A stretch of 64,000 bases of DNA from Octopus vulgaris. Its lineage: Eukaryota. Shown piece after piece: positions 1 to 11,898 of this stretch (within the stretch, counting starts at the first letter, position 1; the number at the start of each line of letters is the position of its first letter). The position numbers and the translations under genes were made by a program. The notes beneath the pieces were generated by a model. The model made no database searches. It had not been told where the DNA came from and saw nothing but the letters and a program-made list of their open reading frames with translations. Location: positions 3,100,001 through 3,164,000 of the forward strand of contig OX597814.1 of the NCBI GenBank assembly GCA_951406725.2, in the 5' to 3' direction.

Positions 1-142
1 CATTTCCACACGTCCTCACACTTCTACTCTCCTCCACCTTCCATTTGATATATTATATTGTATTATATTATAGTATATTAAATATGTGTGAGTGTATATA
101 TACACATACACACACGCACTCACGCACACATATACGTATGCA

Positions 143-321
143 TACATACAAAATTTAGAGGAGTGATCACTAAAATACTGGACAGTCTATATGCTAGATA
201 TAGACGTCAAAATCGCCATTTTCCACGAAACACATTCTTCGTGGAAAACGGCGATTTTGACGTCTATATCTAGCATATAGACTGTCCAGTATTTTAGTGG
301 TCTCTCTAAATTTTGTATGTA
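143..321. repeat. Near-perfect long inverted repeat (about 85-bp arms, 8-nt loop) between microsatellites
   Basis: 143-229 (tacatacaaaatttagag...ttccacgaa) is the reverse complement of 238-321 with few mismatches. The loop is acacattc. Confidence 0.9.
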
Positions 322-426
322 AAAAAATTTTTAACCTTCGGATTTTTTTAAAATATGCTAGGCCACTGGTTTTAATTGTTTAATATCAATTTCTACCCCT
401 ATTTAATTTTAAATAATGTATGCATA

Positions 427-494
<68 letters not shown>

Positions 495-970
495 TATGCG
501 TGCGTATGTGTGTGTGTGTCCGTTACATGCAACAGACTTATATTAAAGTAGATATCTGTTCATCATACTTAAAGAAAATGATCCGTGTAAAGCAAATTTA
601 CTGCTGTATTCGTCCAGAGTTTAATGACTTTTATGGACATGCTGTATATATGGACAGATATATAAACAAGGGAGCCAAAATTTTCTGGTCAGAATGCTAG
701 ATGCATTTCTGACTCATTGGAAGTTGACCGTATCATATGCTGACGGCCAACCACAAGCCAACACAAAATCCGTCACCACTGACATCAGCCACATTAAGTA
801 TGATACACAGATGGCTTTATATATGGCAATAGGCCGATCCATTTTATGAATGGCCTATTGACTTTGAGAAATTATTCATACTCGAAATAATGTCCCCTTC
901 TCAAGTGGGGCCATTCTCAATTGCTTTGTGGTAATTATGGTGCATCTGTTGATGGTGAACATACTTTTCA

Positions 971-1205
971 AGGCGGCGAGCTGGCAGAAACGTTAGCGCG
1001 CCGGGCGAAATGCTGTAGCGGTATTTCGTCTGTCGTTACGTACTAAGTTCAAATTCCGCCGAAGTCGACTTTGCCTTTCATCCTTTCGGGGTCGATTAAA
1101 ATAAGTACCAGTTACGCACTGGGGTCGATATAATCGACTTAATCCGTTTGGCTGTCCTTTTTTTGTCCTCTCTGTGTTTAGCCCTTTGTGGGTAGTAAAG
1201 AAATA
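971..1205 (+). mobile_element. tRNA-derived SINE family A, full length with TSD
   Basis: Head with A-box-like TGGCAGAAACGTT and B-box GTTCAAATTCC, body gcctttcatcctttcggggtcgat, tail aaagaaata. Flanked by ggtgaacatacttttca (954-970) and ggtgaacaaaattttca (1206-1222). Confidence 0.9.
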
Positions 1206-1359
1206 GGTGAACAAAATTTTCATGAATTAAGAATCTATGTTGTATGGTATTTGATATGCCTGTATTGTCTATGTTGTGTGTGTGCGCGTGTGTATGTGCT
1301 GAATTCATCATTAACATTGGTTTGATCGAAGTGGCGTAGAGGACTATTTTCAAATGCAG

Positions 1360-1585
1360 TATTCTATATGCAATAAATGTTTTTGCTAAACTGGGTAAAA
1401 ACGTTACAAAAACTTATGAGATAGTCCAGACCACTTATGGATTAACCTGTATGCATCAATCATCTGTTTTCCTTTGCTAGTACAAGAGGCCAGGCAGACT
1501 AAGTCCACCAGGAAGCACACGATAATCTCTTTTTTCGACAGCAGAAACATTATCTGCGTCCACTGGGTCAATGGTCAACAAAGGT
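1360..1585 (+). mobile_element. Internally deleted mariner transposase remnant
   Basis: Translates to an HTH-like segment (AKLGKNVTKTYEIVQTTYG) joined to ARQTKSTRKHTIISFFDSRNIICVHW, which resembles the mariner catalytic-domain segment K..MLIVFFD..G. Confidence 0.6.
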
Positions 1586-1601
1586 ACATTATTGGTGCTT
1601 T

Positions 1602-1781
1602 ATTCGTCTGTCGATACGTTCTGAGTTCAAATTCCGCCGAGGTCCACTTTGCCTTTCATCCTTTCGTGGTCGATAAATAAAGTACCGGTTACGCACTGGG
1701 GTCGATGTAATCGTCTTAATCCGTTTGTCTGTCCTTGTTTCTCCCCTCTATGTTTAGCTCCTTGTGGGCAATACAGAAATA
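1602..1781 (+). mobile_element. SINE family A, 5'-truncated
   Basis: Matches the family A body and tail from ttcgtctg onward. Confidence 0.85.
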
Positions 1782-2640
1782 TATATTTTTATAAATAAAA
1801 GAAGTGTCACAACGACCGTTTCGACCATTTGGTCATTATCATGTGTCCTTCACGATGACCTGAATCACGAAACGATCCTAATCTCATATTAGAAATATCA
1901 AAACAAAAAAAAACAATTTAAGTATCCCTCTCTTCGCTTTAAACTTCATTCGTATATTTTCAGTTACAACAAGTATGAATATCTTATGATTAATTACACA
2001 CGTATTTCTAATCAGAGGGGTCTAACTTGTGACTGTTTTAGGAAACGTGGAGATTATCCACTTATAATTAGGGTTAATTAGCATTAAATTTAAATTTTAT
2101 CATTATTATTGTTATTATTGTTGTTATTATTATTATTGAATTATCGATCTCTGTAACACTGGCTATGTCTAATTAAATTCATAGTAATTAGGGCTAATAT
2201 ATCTTCAAGATTCTCTTATTACTAATCAGTTATACGTCTCATTAAGGAAATATCTTAATAGTTCTCTTTAATATGAGATGTAATCCATTTAATTAAAAAC
2301 AATTCATCATTAGGACGTAGAGGGAGCTTATCGGGGCAATAATTAAGGATACAATGGCAGCAGGAATTGCTATTCTACATCACTAGAACATGATTCAACA
2401 TTACCTGAAGACATTTTATTCCAATGTCGCAAAATTGGTATTTTTCGGAATAATGTGATTCCTGTTGAGCAACACATCCATTCACCATCACCAAGCACAA
2501 CAGTGCCTGTGCATCGTCACTCGACATCCAAGAAATAGCAGCCGAATTTCTGCCATTCATACCTTGAGTATTGAATGATCTTAAAGGATGACGGAACGAT
2601 CATGGCTGGAACGGCTTATATTTGACTTGACGGTCTAAAA

Positions 2641-2843
2641 CAGTGGCTATCAACCTTTTTAATATCCGGGTCAGATACAAAACCTAGATTTTCTTGGAGG
2701 TGGCCGGCGGGTGGGGGGGGGAGAACAAAAAAAGTCAAACAGAAGTCAATTAAAGAAAACTAATAATATTTATAGACGGAAGACCGTCGAAAGGATGCTT
2801 GAGGGCCGCGCGCGGCCTTCGGAGCCATGGCTGAGAACCATTG
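2641..2843. mobile_element. Degenerate hAT (Charlie-like) MITE
   Basis: Imperfect TIRs CAGTGGCTATCAAC ... GCTGAGAACCATTG with a GC-rich subterminal gggccgcgcgcggcc. TSD not clear. Confidence 0.45.
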
Positions 2844-3002
2844 ATCAAAGGTGTGTTGCTGTTACTAGTAAAGCCAGCAACAACAATACATTGGAATGAC
2901 AAAAACAACAAAAATGCCAACGCAAACACACAGACATGCACTCACATATACACACACATGCATATATGCACACATACATGTACACATACGTATATATACA
3001 TA

Positions 3003-3780
3003 TAGGTGAACTGGCAGAACCGTTAGCACGCCGGGCGAAGTGCGTAGCCGTATTTCGTCTGTCGTTACGTTCTGAGTTCAAATTCCGTCAAGGTCGACTT
3101 TGCTTATCATCTTTTCGGGGTCGATAAATTAAGTACCAGTTACGCACTGGGGTCGATGCAATCGACTTAATCCGTTTGTCTGTCCTTGTTTGTCCCCTCT
3201 CTGTTTAGTCCTTTGTGGGTAATAAAGAAATAGGTATTTCGTTTGCCGCTACGTTCTGAGTTCAAATTCCACCCAGGTCGACTTTGCCTGTCATCCTTTC
3301 GGGGTCGATAAATTAAGTACCAGTTACGCACTGGGGTCGATATAATCGACTTAATCCGTTTGTCTGTCCTTGTTTGTCCCCTCTCTGTTTAGTCCTTTGT
3401 GGGTAGTAAAGAAATAGGTATTTCGTCTGCCGCTACGTTCTGAGTTCAAATTCCGCCCAGGTCGACTTTCTGTCATCCTTTCGGGGTCTATAAATTAAGT
3501 ACCAGTTACGCACTGGGGTCGATGCAATCGACTTAATCCATTTGTCTGTCCTTGTTTATCCCCTCTATGTTTAGCCCCTTTGTGGGTAGTTAAGAAATAG
3601 GTATTTCGTTTGCCGCTACGTTCTGAGTTCAAATTCCGCCCAGGTCGACTTTGCCTGTCATCCTTTCGGGGTCTATAAATTAAGTACCAGTTACGCACTG
3701 GGGTCGATGCAATCGACTTAATCCGTTTGTCTGTCCTTGTTTATCCCCTCTATGTATGTTTAGCCCCTTGTGGGTTGTAA

Positions 3781-3783
<3 letters not shown>
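3003..3783 (+). mobile_element. SINE family A tandem tetramer (one head-bearing unit plus three units of about 180 bp)
   Basis: Units restart near 3234, 3417 and 3600 at the junction aagaaata|ggtatttcgt. Confidence 0.92.
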
Positions 3784-3849
<66 letters not shown>

Positions 3850-4004
3850 TAGACGCCATTGAACAAACCAGAAATACTTGTAACAAACACTTAATAATAC
3901 TGAATAATGATACAACCTTCCCTACCGTCTTCTCTCTTTCGCCCATCCTTCCATGTTCTCTACATGTGTATGCAATTGTGTAATTTTCCTTTTATTTTAT
4001 TTTA

Positions 4005-4221
4005 CTATTTTACTTGTTTCAGCCATTAGACTGCGGCCATGCTGGAGCACTGCCTTTCGTCGAGCAAATCGGCCCCAGGACTTATTCTTTGTGAGCCTAG
4101 TACTTATTCTATCGAACTCTTTCGCCGAGCCGCTGACTTGCAGAGACGTAAACACACCAGCATCGGTTGTCAAGCGATGTTAAGGAGACAAACACACACA
4201 CACACACACAAACACACACGC

Positions 4222-4306
<85 letters not shown>

Positions 4307-5130
4307 AGCTTAGAGAAGAAGAAACCAAACCAAACCAAACGAATCGAATCGAATCGACGCGAGGGCGCTCAGTCATACAATAGTGTAATAAATAAAATAT
4401 ATGCATACATACAAACATATATGTACGTACCTACATCTACATGTATATATACATGCATATATAAATATATTTACGTGTGTACAGGACACCACAAATAGAC
4501 GTAGAACTCAACGAGAAACGAAAACGTAAAAACAGCATGGAACGGAACATTTTTTTTACAACGAAAAAACAGAGTACAAGACAACTACACAAGGAAAAAT
4601 CCCCTTCATCAGCTGTCCCTAGTTCAACTCCAGCGTGTTTCGAAGGTGAATATATATATATTTCTACACATATCCTCCTCCTCCTTTTTCTTCTTCTTCT
4701 TCCAAACCAAGAATTCACAACGACCTCGAACCCACAAGTGTAAACAAGAGAGACAGAGAAAGGCAGAAACAAGGAAAATGCCACTTATATTTGAACATTA
4801 TATAAATGGTCTTTTTAAAAAATTTTCTTTTCATTTTTCTAAATTTAATTATTTAATTGTTACATTTGAAAAATTCTCAATGGCTGAAACCAGTCCTGAA
4901 ATGCTTTTTATGAAATTATTTTAGCATATTTTATCTTGACTTTTTTCCATATATATTTTTTTTTTTATACGACGGGCTTCTTTCAGTTTCCGTCAGCCAG
5001 ATCCACTCACAAGGCATTGGTCGGTCCGAGGCTATAGTAGACGATACTTGCCCAAGGTGCACGCAGTGAAACTGAACCCGGAACCATGTGGTTGGTAAGC
5101 AAGCTACTTAATACACATCAACTCATGCGC
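4005..5130 (-). mobile_element. SINE family B split by about 770 bp of insertions in its internal microsatellite
   Basis: The 5' tRNA-like half lies at about 4968-5130 and the 3' half at about 4005-4195, both on the minus strand and in the correct order. Confidence 0.75.
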
Positions 5131-5309
5131 CACATATATACATAATTATATGCGTGTATGTAAGTGTATGTGTGTGTGTGTTTCTATGTATGTGTGTGAG
5201 TGTGTGTGTAGACTTTTTGTTTTTTGTTTTATTGATTTCAGCCAGAAACAGAGGCCATACTGGGGCACCGCCTTTCAGAGAGTTTGTTTCTTTTCTATAC
5301 TGTTTCTGG

Positions 5310-5985
5310 TGAAGCAGTGAGTTGGACGGAACTGCTCTCCATTGTGCTTTCCGTCGGGTTCATCTGATGTCTCAGATAAAAATGTGTCCATATGCTCGTT
5401 GAAGAACTTCACATCTACAGCTTGTAGATCTCTGAAGTTGTTTGGTAGAACGTTGAATAGTTATGGACCTTTGCAACCCAAGCTGTTACGGTATTGGCTT
5501 CTTATGGAGAAGATCTTTGGTAGTTCGCAGTATCGTCCAGTTGCGGTGGTTGGTACAACATTCAACGCTAAAGTTGGGAGCTAGACCTTCTAGAATCTTC
5601 CATATGTATATCAATGCATATCTTTCACCCATTTTCTCTAGAGAGTCCAGCTTCAATTCCTTTAGCCTTTTTTTTCCAGTAGGTCTTCTCTTCCACCGAG
5701 TCAATGTTCTCTGTGTAGTGGAACCAGGTTGTCCCAAGTTCAGCAGTTCTGACGCCGTGCAGTGACCACAGTCGGGAGTAGTAATCCATTCAACTGAGAA
5801 TGGAAGTTCTCTATAAGAGTAGCATGGTATCCGTTCTCCTGCTTCCCAAAGATCTCAGAATCACTCCAGCTACTCACCGCATCCAACTCTTGATGCAACA
5901 AACTGGCATGTTTAGGGTTCTGTATTACTTGTGGGATTTTTGTATCACCTGCATATCTTATGAGAGTGGTTGTCTGTGGGGCTGA
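5310..5985 (-). mobile_element. Decayed LINE (CR1/L2-group-like) RT and C-terminal fragment
   Basis: Minus-strand frames give [19 protein letters not shown] (degenerate YADD), ERYALIYIWKILEGLAPNF and LFNVLP..DTFLSETSDEP, with frameshifts and stops. Confidence 0.75.
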
Positions 5986-6093
5986 GGGCATATCTGAAAG
6001 GGCTTATTTCTTGCCAATAGAAAAAGAACCGGTTTCTAACCTAGACCCAAGGCTCTTTCATTGGAATTTCAATTTCAACAACAGGTTATTTTT

Positions 6094-6458
6094 GTATGTA
6101 TGCATGTACGTACGTATGTATGTATGTATGTATGTATGTATGTATGTATGTATGGATGGATGGATGGATGGATGGATGGATGGATGGATGGATGGATGGA
6201 TGTATGTATGTATGGATGGATGGATGTATGTATGTATGTATGTATGTATGTATGTATGTATGTATGGATGGATGGATGGATGGATGGATGGATGGATTTA
6301 TGGATGTATGTATGTATGTATGGATGGATGGATGGACGGACGGACGGACGGACGGACGGACAGACGGACGGATGGGTTGGATGTATGTATGTATGTACGT
6401 ATGTATGTATGGATGGATGGATGGATGGATGGATGGATGGATGGATGGATGGATGGAT
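6094..6458. repeat. Compound (ATGT)n/(ATGG)n/(GACG)n microsatellite
   Basis: Direct reading. Confidence 0.95.
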
Positions 6459-6946
6459 TGCCATCTCTAGCGAAGCAGGTTACTCCAGCAAGAACAACAG
6501 TAATATTGCATGAAATCCGATGCAAAAAAGGCAAAGACAAAATTATGATGTCAGCGTGAAATCGGAAAAAAAAACTTACTCTGCAAGAATCTAACTATAC
6601 ATTCTTAGATAGAGTTCCATTAGATTCTTCAAACCAGATTCTATAACGTCCATGCAAGAATGACTCAAGGTAAATCCCGACGTTTGTTAAGTGAAGCAAC
6701 ATGAAAGTGGAGGTGCGACCGCCAGTCAGACAAAACAAACTTCTTTCCTACTTTAATTCTCATAAAGACACGTTGTCTAATTACAATACGACGTAACATA
6801 TTGTATAGATTTAGCTTGTTAACTGTATACATACATGTGCGCTTGCCATGCGTAGACAATTATACATACGTGCATTAAACACTCACACGCATACGTAGAT
6901 GTCTGTATCCGTCTCTCTCCCTCTTTCACTCTCTCTCTCTCTCTCT

Positions 6947-7034
<88 letters not shown>

Positions 7035-7291
7035 TTGCGTATGAAGATGTCAGGGGAAGGCGGGTGGATGGAGGGTGGCTGTAATATAGAAATGTTATTT
7101 TGGCCTGATGTGTGCACAGTGTAATGAGGGAGAAGATGATTCGGCAGGCAGACACCTTTAGCTTGTTAACTCTTCTGAATAACAAAACATTTTCAACAAA
7201 CGGAAATACATTTTAGTTATGTTCATATGCTATCAATTACTAAACACAACAATATGGGGTTCTATGTCTAGTATTTCAGCTTATATTATAT

Positions 7292-7343
<52 letters not shown>

Positions 7344-7538
7344 ATGTATGTGTATTTTTTCAATGTTTACAAATAATACGGAAACAAAATAAATAAATAG
7401 CTACCAGAGTAGCAAAGATTCACAAAAGTACCAGTCTACTTATAAAGGTAAAAATTCCATGTTTTGGTGAAATGCTTTTGAATAACATAGATAGATAAAT
7501 ACATGGAGTTAAAGGCAGTTGTTATTCAAATCTTTATA

Positions 7539-7710
7539 CTTCCGACATATGTTTCGAAGAAAACGTTGGTATTAATCCGGAAGGAATAAAATGATGTAAA
7601 ACAATGCAACCTTCTCGTTGTTATTTATCCAGGAGGAATGCAATCTTCTCTTTGTTTCTCTTTTTCTTTCTGATGAGAAGATTGCATTCCTCTTTGATTA
7701 ATAACAACGG
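7539..7710. ncRNA. Split hammerhead-like motif in an inverted repeat
   Basis: Minus strand 7559-7539 reads CTTC-GAAA-CATATG-TC-GGAAG. Plus strand 7670-7680 reads CTGATGA-GAAG. The IR arms are 7615-7650 and 7675-7710. Confidence 0.55.
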
Positions 7711-7734
7711 AAGCGTTAAAATGCATCACTTTCA

Positions 7735-7897
7735 AAGAGTTCCAGCACTACTTCGAACAGTGGAAAATGCGCCTGGACCGATGCACTGCTTCAAAGGGCG
7801 GATATTTTGAAGGCGATAAAAGTGTAAACATGTGAAACTGGTAAGACTAATAATACAGCAAGATTCCGGTTTTTTTCTGGGGTAACCCCACCTCGTA
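7735..7897 (+). mobile_element. mariner 3' end (transposase C-terminus and TIR)
   Basis: EFQHYFEQWKMRLDRCTASKGGYFEGDK is a typical mariner C-terminus. It is followed by the TIR-like ...ccccacctcg-TA. Confidence 0.75.
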
Positions 7898-8059
7898 TAT
7901 ATATGAAAGATACACTTGATAAAGAGAATGATTGACAGGCAGACACAGAGACGCACAGACAGACCGGCAAACGAATAGACAGATAAAGATATGTCTGTGT
8001 TTATGTGTATATATATATTTTATGCATATATATGTACACACACAGATATATGATACATA

Positions 8060-8740
8060 CAGAGTGCGATGAGTAAATTGTTGCTATTTCATATTTTTAA
8101 TTTCGCGCATGCACAATAATTTCTTTTGATTTTGTTGACTACACAGTATAGTAGGGTCAGTTGGGCATCGTCTGTGAGAAAAACAGCACCACAACGCAAT
8201 TCACTCTGCCACAAATTTGGAAACGACATGCTGTACTGTTTGGCATTCGCACCGTAAGCTCCAATACGAACATTTCAGAGTGTTTGGATGTCAGTCTGAG
8301 GACAGTGCAACCTGAGGAGATGTACCGAGAGTGATAAATGTCAAGCATGCAGTCAGCATCATGGTGTTTGGAGTGATCACTTGTGATGGCGACGTTATGC
8401 TACCATTCATCTTCCCACATAGTCTCAGTTTCAACACGGAGACCTACATCAAGTGTCTGGAGGAAGTAGTGCCGCCCTGGGTGAAGAGGGTGGCTGCTAG
8501 AAGACCCTGTGTCTGTCAACAGGACTCTGCACCATGCCACACAAGCAGGAGAACCGAGTCATGGCTGTCAGACAATTTCTGCGACCACATAACCCCTCAA
8601 ATCTAGCCGCCTAACTCCCCAGACCGCAACACCCTTGATTATTATATGTGGGGTGCAGTTGAGTGAGAAACCAACAAAATTCCTTGTAACACCAAAGATG
8701 AACTGAGGGCAAAGATTTTGGTAGCATTGACCAATTTAAA
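8060..8740 (+). mobile_element. Tc1/mariner DD37D (maT-type) transposon remnant
   Basis: Begins TA-CAGAGTG. Translates to MVFGVIT..QQDSAPCHT..*PPNSPDRNTLDYYMWG, with 37 residues between the second and third Asp. Internal deletion and stops. Confidence 0.85.
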
Positions 8741-9838
8741 CAATCCGTGTCTCCAAGTCCTCCAGTGTTCGAGGTTTTGTCTTGTACACCTCCTCTTTGT
8801 GTAACTCCACAGGTAAAAATCACGTAGAGGGAGATCTGCACTTCTCGGAGGCCATTCAGGAGGTCAGCGTCGTCCCATCCAACATCCTGGAAAATGTTAG
8901 TCTAACCACGCACGCATGGTAAGAGCAAAATGGGGTATCGCACTATCCTGCATGAATATCAGGTCACCAATGTTACCCCAGCCAGACACCGTGGGCCACA
9001 CGCAGTTTTCGAGCATCTGAAGAGAGCGATCCGTATTCATGGTGTCACGCAGAAGATATGGGCTCATGACTTTTTGTTGATGTCATTCTGCACCAGACGG
9101 TCACTTTTGGTCGAGCTTGCATCCTCTCAACCGTCAGGTTTGGATCCTCATCACACGACGCCCAGTAAAGGCAGTGGTGACGATTGATGAAACCACCAGC
9201 ATGGAATACAGCCTCGTCACTCCAGACGATGTTTACAAACAATTCAGGCCAATCTTCATGCCAACTTAGCATTAACTCCCCATATTCCATTCTACGGTCA
9301 CAGCCTTCGGGTTTTAGCTCCTTCACGTAATGGGGTTACCACGAACGAAAGTTCAATTGTTTATGCAACACCGTACGTGTATTGTGTGTCTTGTTGGTCC
9401 ACTTCCACGAGCTGCTTGACCTGTTGACTTTTGTGGGCTGCGATTAAACATTTCCGGCACTGTTGCCGCGTTCTCCACTGAACGGGATGTTGCGGGACGG
9501 CCACTTCTTCTTGCATCATTCACAGAGTCCGTGGTCATCAGCTTTGCATGACAACTTTTTAATTTCTCCGGACATAGTGTTGCATGCTTACCTTTCCCTG
9601 CACGCCACCATCTCTGAACCAAAACAATGGAATTCCACACTTCATAGTCTGCTGCTATCTTAGCTCACTCCTGAACAATCAAAGTACCGGCCATCTGGAG
9701 AATAAGAAATAAGACCATAAGGAAATAAGAAATCGCCATTAGTGTTGTCTGTTCAAAAACTGTTTTCGTCATGACTTCCGTGATACTAAAAGTTCAATAA
9801 GTTATTCCTAATGTCTAGTTTACTTTCCACCCACTCTG
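8741..9838 (-). mobile_element. Tc1/mariner DD41D (rosa-type) transposon remnant
   Basis: TIR CAGAGTGGGTGGAAAGT next to TA (9839-40). Frames give RSGRP, IVWSDEAVFH and MQDSAIPHFA...WPPRSADLPLRDFYLW (41-residue spacing). Frameshifted. Confidence 0.85.
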
Positions 9839-9860
9839 TATGTGTGTGTGTGTATATATG

Positions 9861-9900
<40 letters not shown>

Positions 9901-10194
9901 TGTATATATATATATATGTGTGTGTGTGTGTTTATATTTATTTATATATATATGTGTGTGTGTGTGTTTATATTTATTTATATATATATATATTTACACA
10001 CGCACACACATATATATATGTACATTTAAATTAGGCAGCCGTTTTGCCATTAGATATTACAGAGGGTGTTAGAATACCTACAATGCTAGAAATAAGAGCT
10101 AAAGTTCTCTGATACTGCATGTATGTCTATATGTATGTATGTATATATGTGTGTATATATGTATGTATGTATAAATGATAGATACTTTTGCTAT

Positions 10195-10507
<313 letters not shown>

Positions 10508-10574
10508 ATATGAAACCAAGATTGGAATCGTTTGTATATGTTAGAATGGAAAAGTCCATATAAAAGCCCACACA

Positions 10575-10612
<38 letters not shown>

Positions 10613-10926
10613 GCTAACAACATATAATGGTGTGTTGTTAGTGTGTGTAATTATATTCCCGTGTTCTTCAAACAATTAGAAAGTCCATTAACAGCCTTCT
10701 GCTACCATCAGATCAACTTCCGTCACCATCACCATCATCATCCTCATCAACATCATCCTCAGTACCACCGTCGCCACCGTCACCGCTGCCGTTAGATAAT
10801 TATCGCTTCCATATGACAGTTTGATAGACTGTGGCCGCTGCAACATAATGGCTTCCATTTGTCTGCTCTTTAAATCATACTTATCTATCACACCTGTACT
10901 AGAACAGAGGTAGGTAGAAGTAGTAA

Positions 10927-10977
<51 letters not shown>

Positions 10978-11158
10978 CAGTTGTTGGACACCGAAATAAT
11001 TGTTTACCTTTGTTTGAAGTTGTTGCCATCATGTTGTTATTCTTGTCCCTCTCTCGTTTTCAAGTTTGCACACACGCACCACACACGCACCACACACGCA
11101 GCACACACGCATACACACACATATTTATGTAACTGGATACATAGATTGATAGATAGAC

Positions 11159-11201
<43 letters not shown>

Positions 11202-11420
11202 CAATATAAGGGTAGCAAAAAATTCGATAGAAATTTTTTTCGCCACCAGCGGTCCAGTGAGAAAGAGAAAATAGTCACAGACTATATATATATAATTTCA
11301 ACAATATTAAAGAATGGCCCTAATAGGCCATTCGACTCACCAGAAAGAGCAGCCAAACTCAAACCGCTAAATAGTAGTAATTCAGAAATCAAGGAAAATC
11401 AAAAACATTTACCCTAATCA

Positions 11421-11528
11421 TCCTTGGACAATGCATTGTTTCGACGTACTTTTTGGGAAACCAGCCTAATTAAATTAAATTTAATTTAATCAAGTCAATC
11501 TACCAATGGCTCGTCTCATCGGCAAGGA
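11421..11528 (-). ncRNA. Type I hammerhead ribozyme-like motif (U4C core, extended stem II)
   Basis: TCCTTG-CCGATGA-GACG-[about 65 nt]-CGTC-GAAA-CAATGCATTG-TC-CAAGGA. Stem I is 6 bp, stem II 4 bp or more, stem III palindromic, with a GUC cleavage triplet. Confidence 0.8.
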
Positions 11529-11791
11529 AGCCAGGAGGAGTAAATATTCCAGGAGGCAGCCGCATCGATGCTTCGGGAACATATACTTTCTCACTGGACC
11601 GCTTTCTATTGAATTTTTTGCTACCCTTATATTGATTAATTAATGATTTTTTGACTAATTCTGAAATTAAATCAGCAGTTTATATTTGCTGCTGATAAGT
11701 TGTCGCGATTACGGTGGATTTTGAAAATTTAGAGTATAAATTCCCGAGGCATCGATGCGGCTGCCTCGTGGAATATTTATTCCTCCTGGCT

Positions 11792-11898
11792 TCCTGCCGA
11801 TGAGACGAGCCAGTGGTAGATTGACTTGATTAAATTTAATTTAATTTAATTAGGCTGGTTTGCCAAAAAGTACGTCGAAACAATGCATTGTCCAAGGA
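11792..11898 (+). ncRNA. Second copy of the type I hammerhead-like motif (one nt missing from stem I)
   Basis: TCCTG-CCGATGA(11797-803)-GACG...CGTC(11873-76)-GAAA-CAATGCATTG-TC(11891-92)-CAAGGA. Confidence 0.75.

Noticed and set aside
971-1105. tRNA gene
   Set aside because: The A and B boxes belong to SINE heads. No complete cloverleaf, and it is followed by a SINE body with a TSD.
3003-3783. CRISPR-like array impression from tandem repeats
   Set aside because: The units are ~180-bp SINE bodies without unique spacers, no cas genes are present, and the context is eukaryotic.
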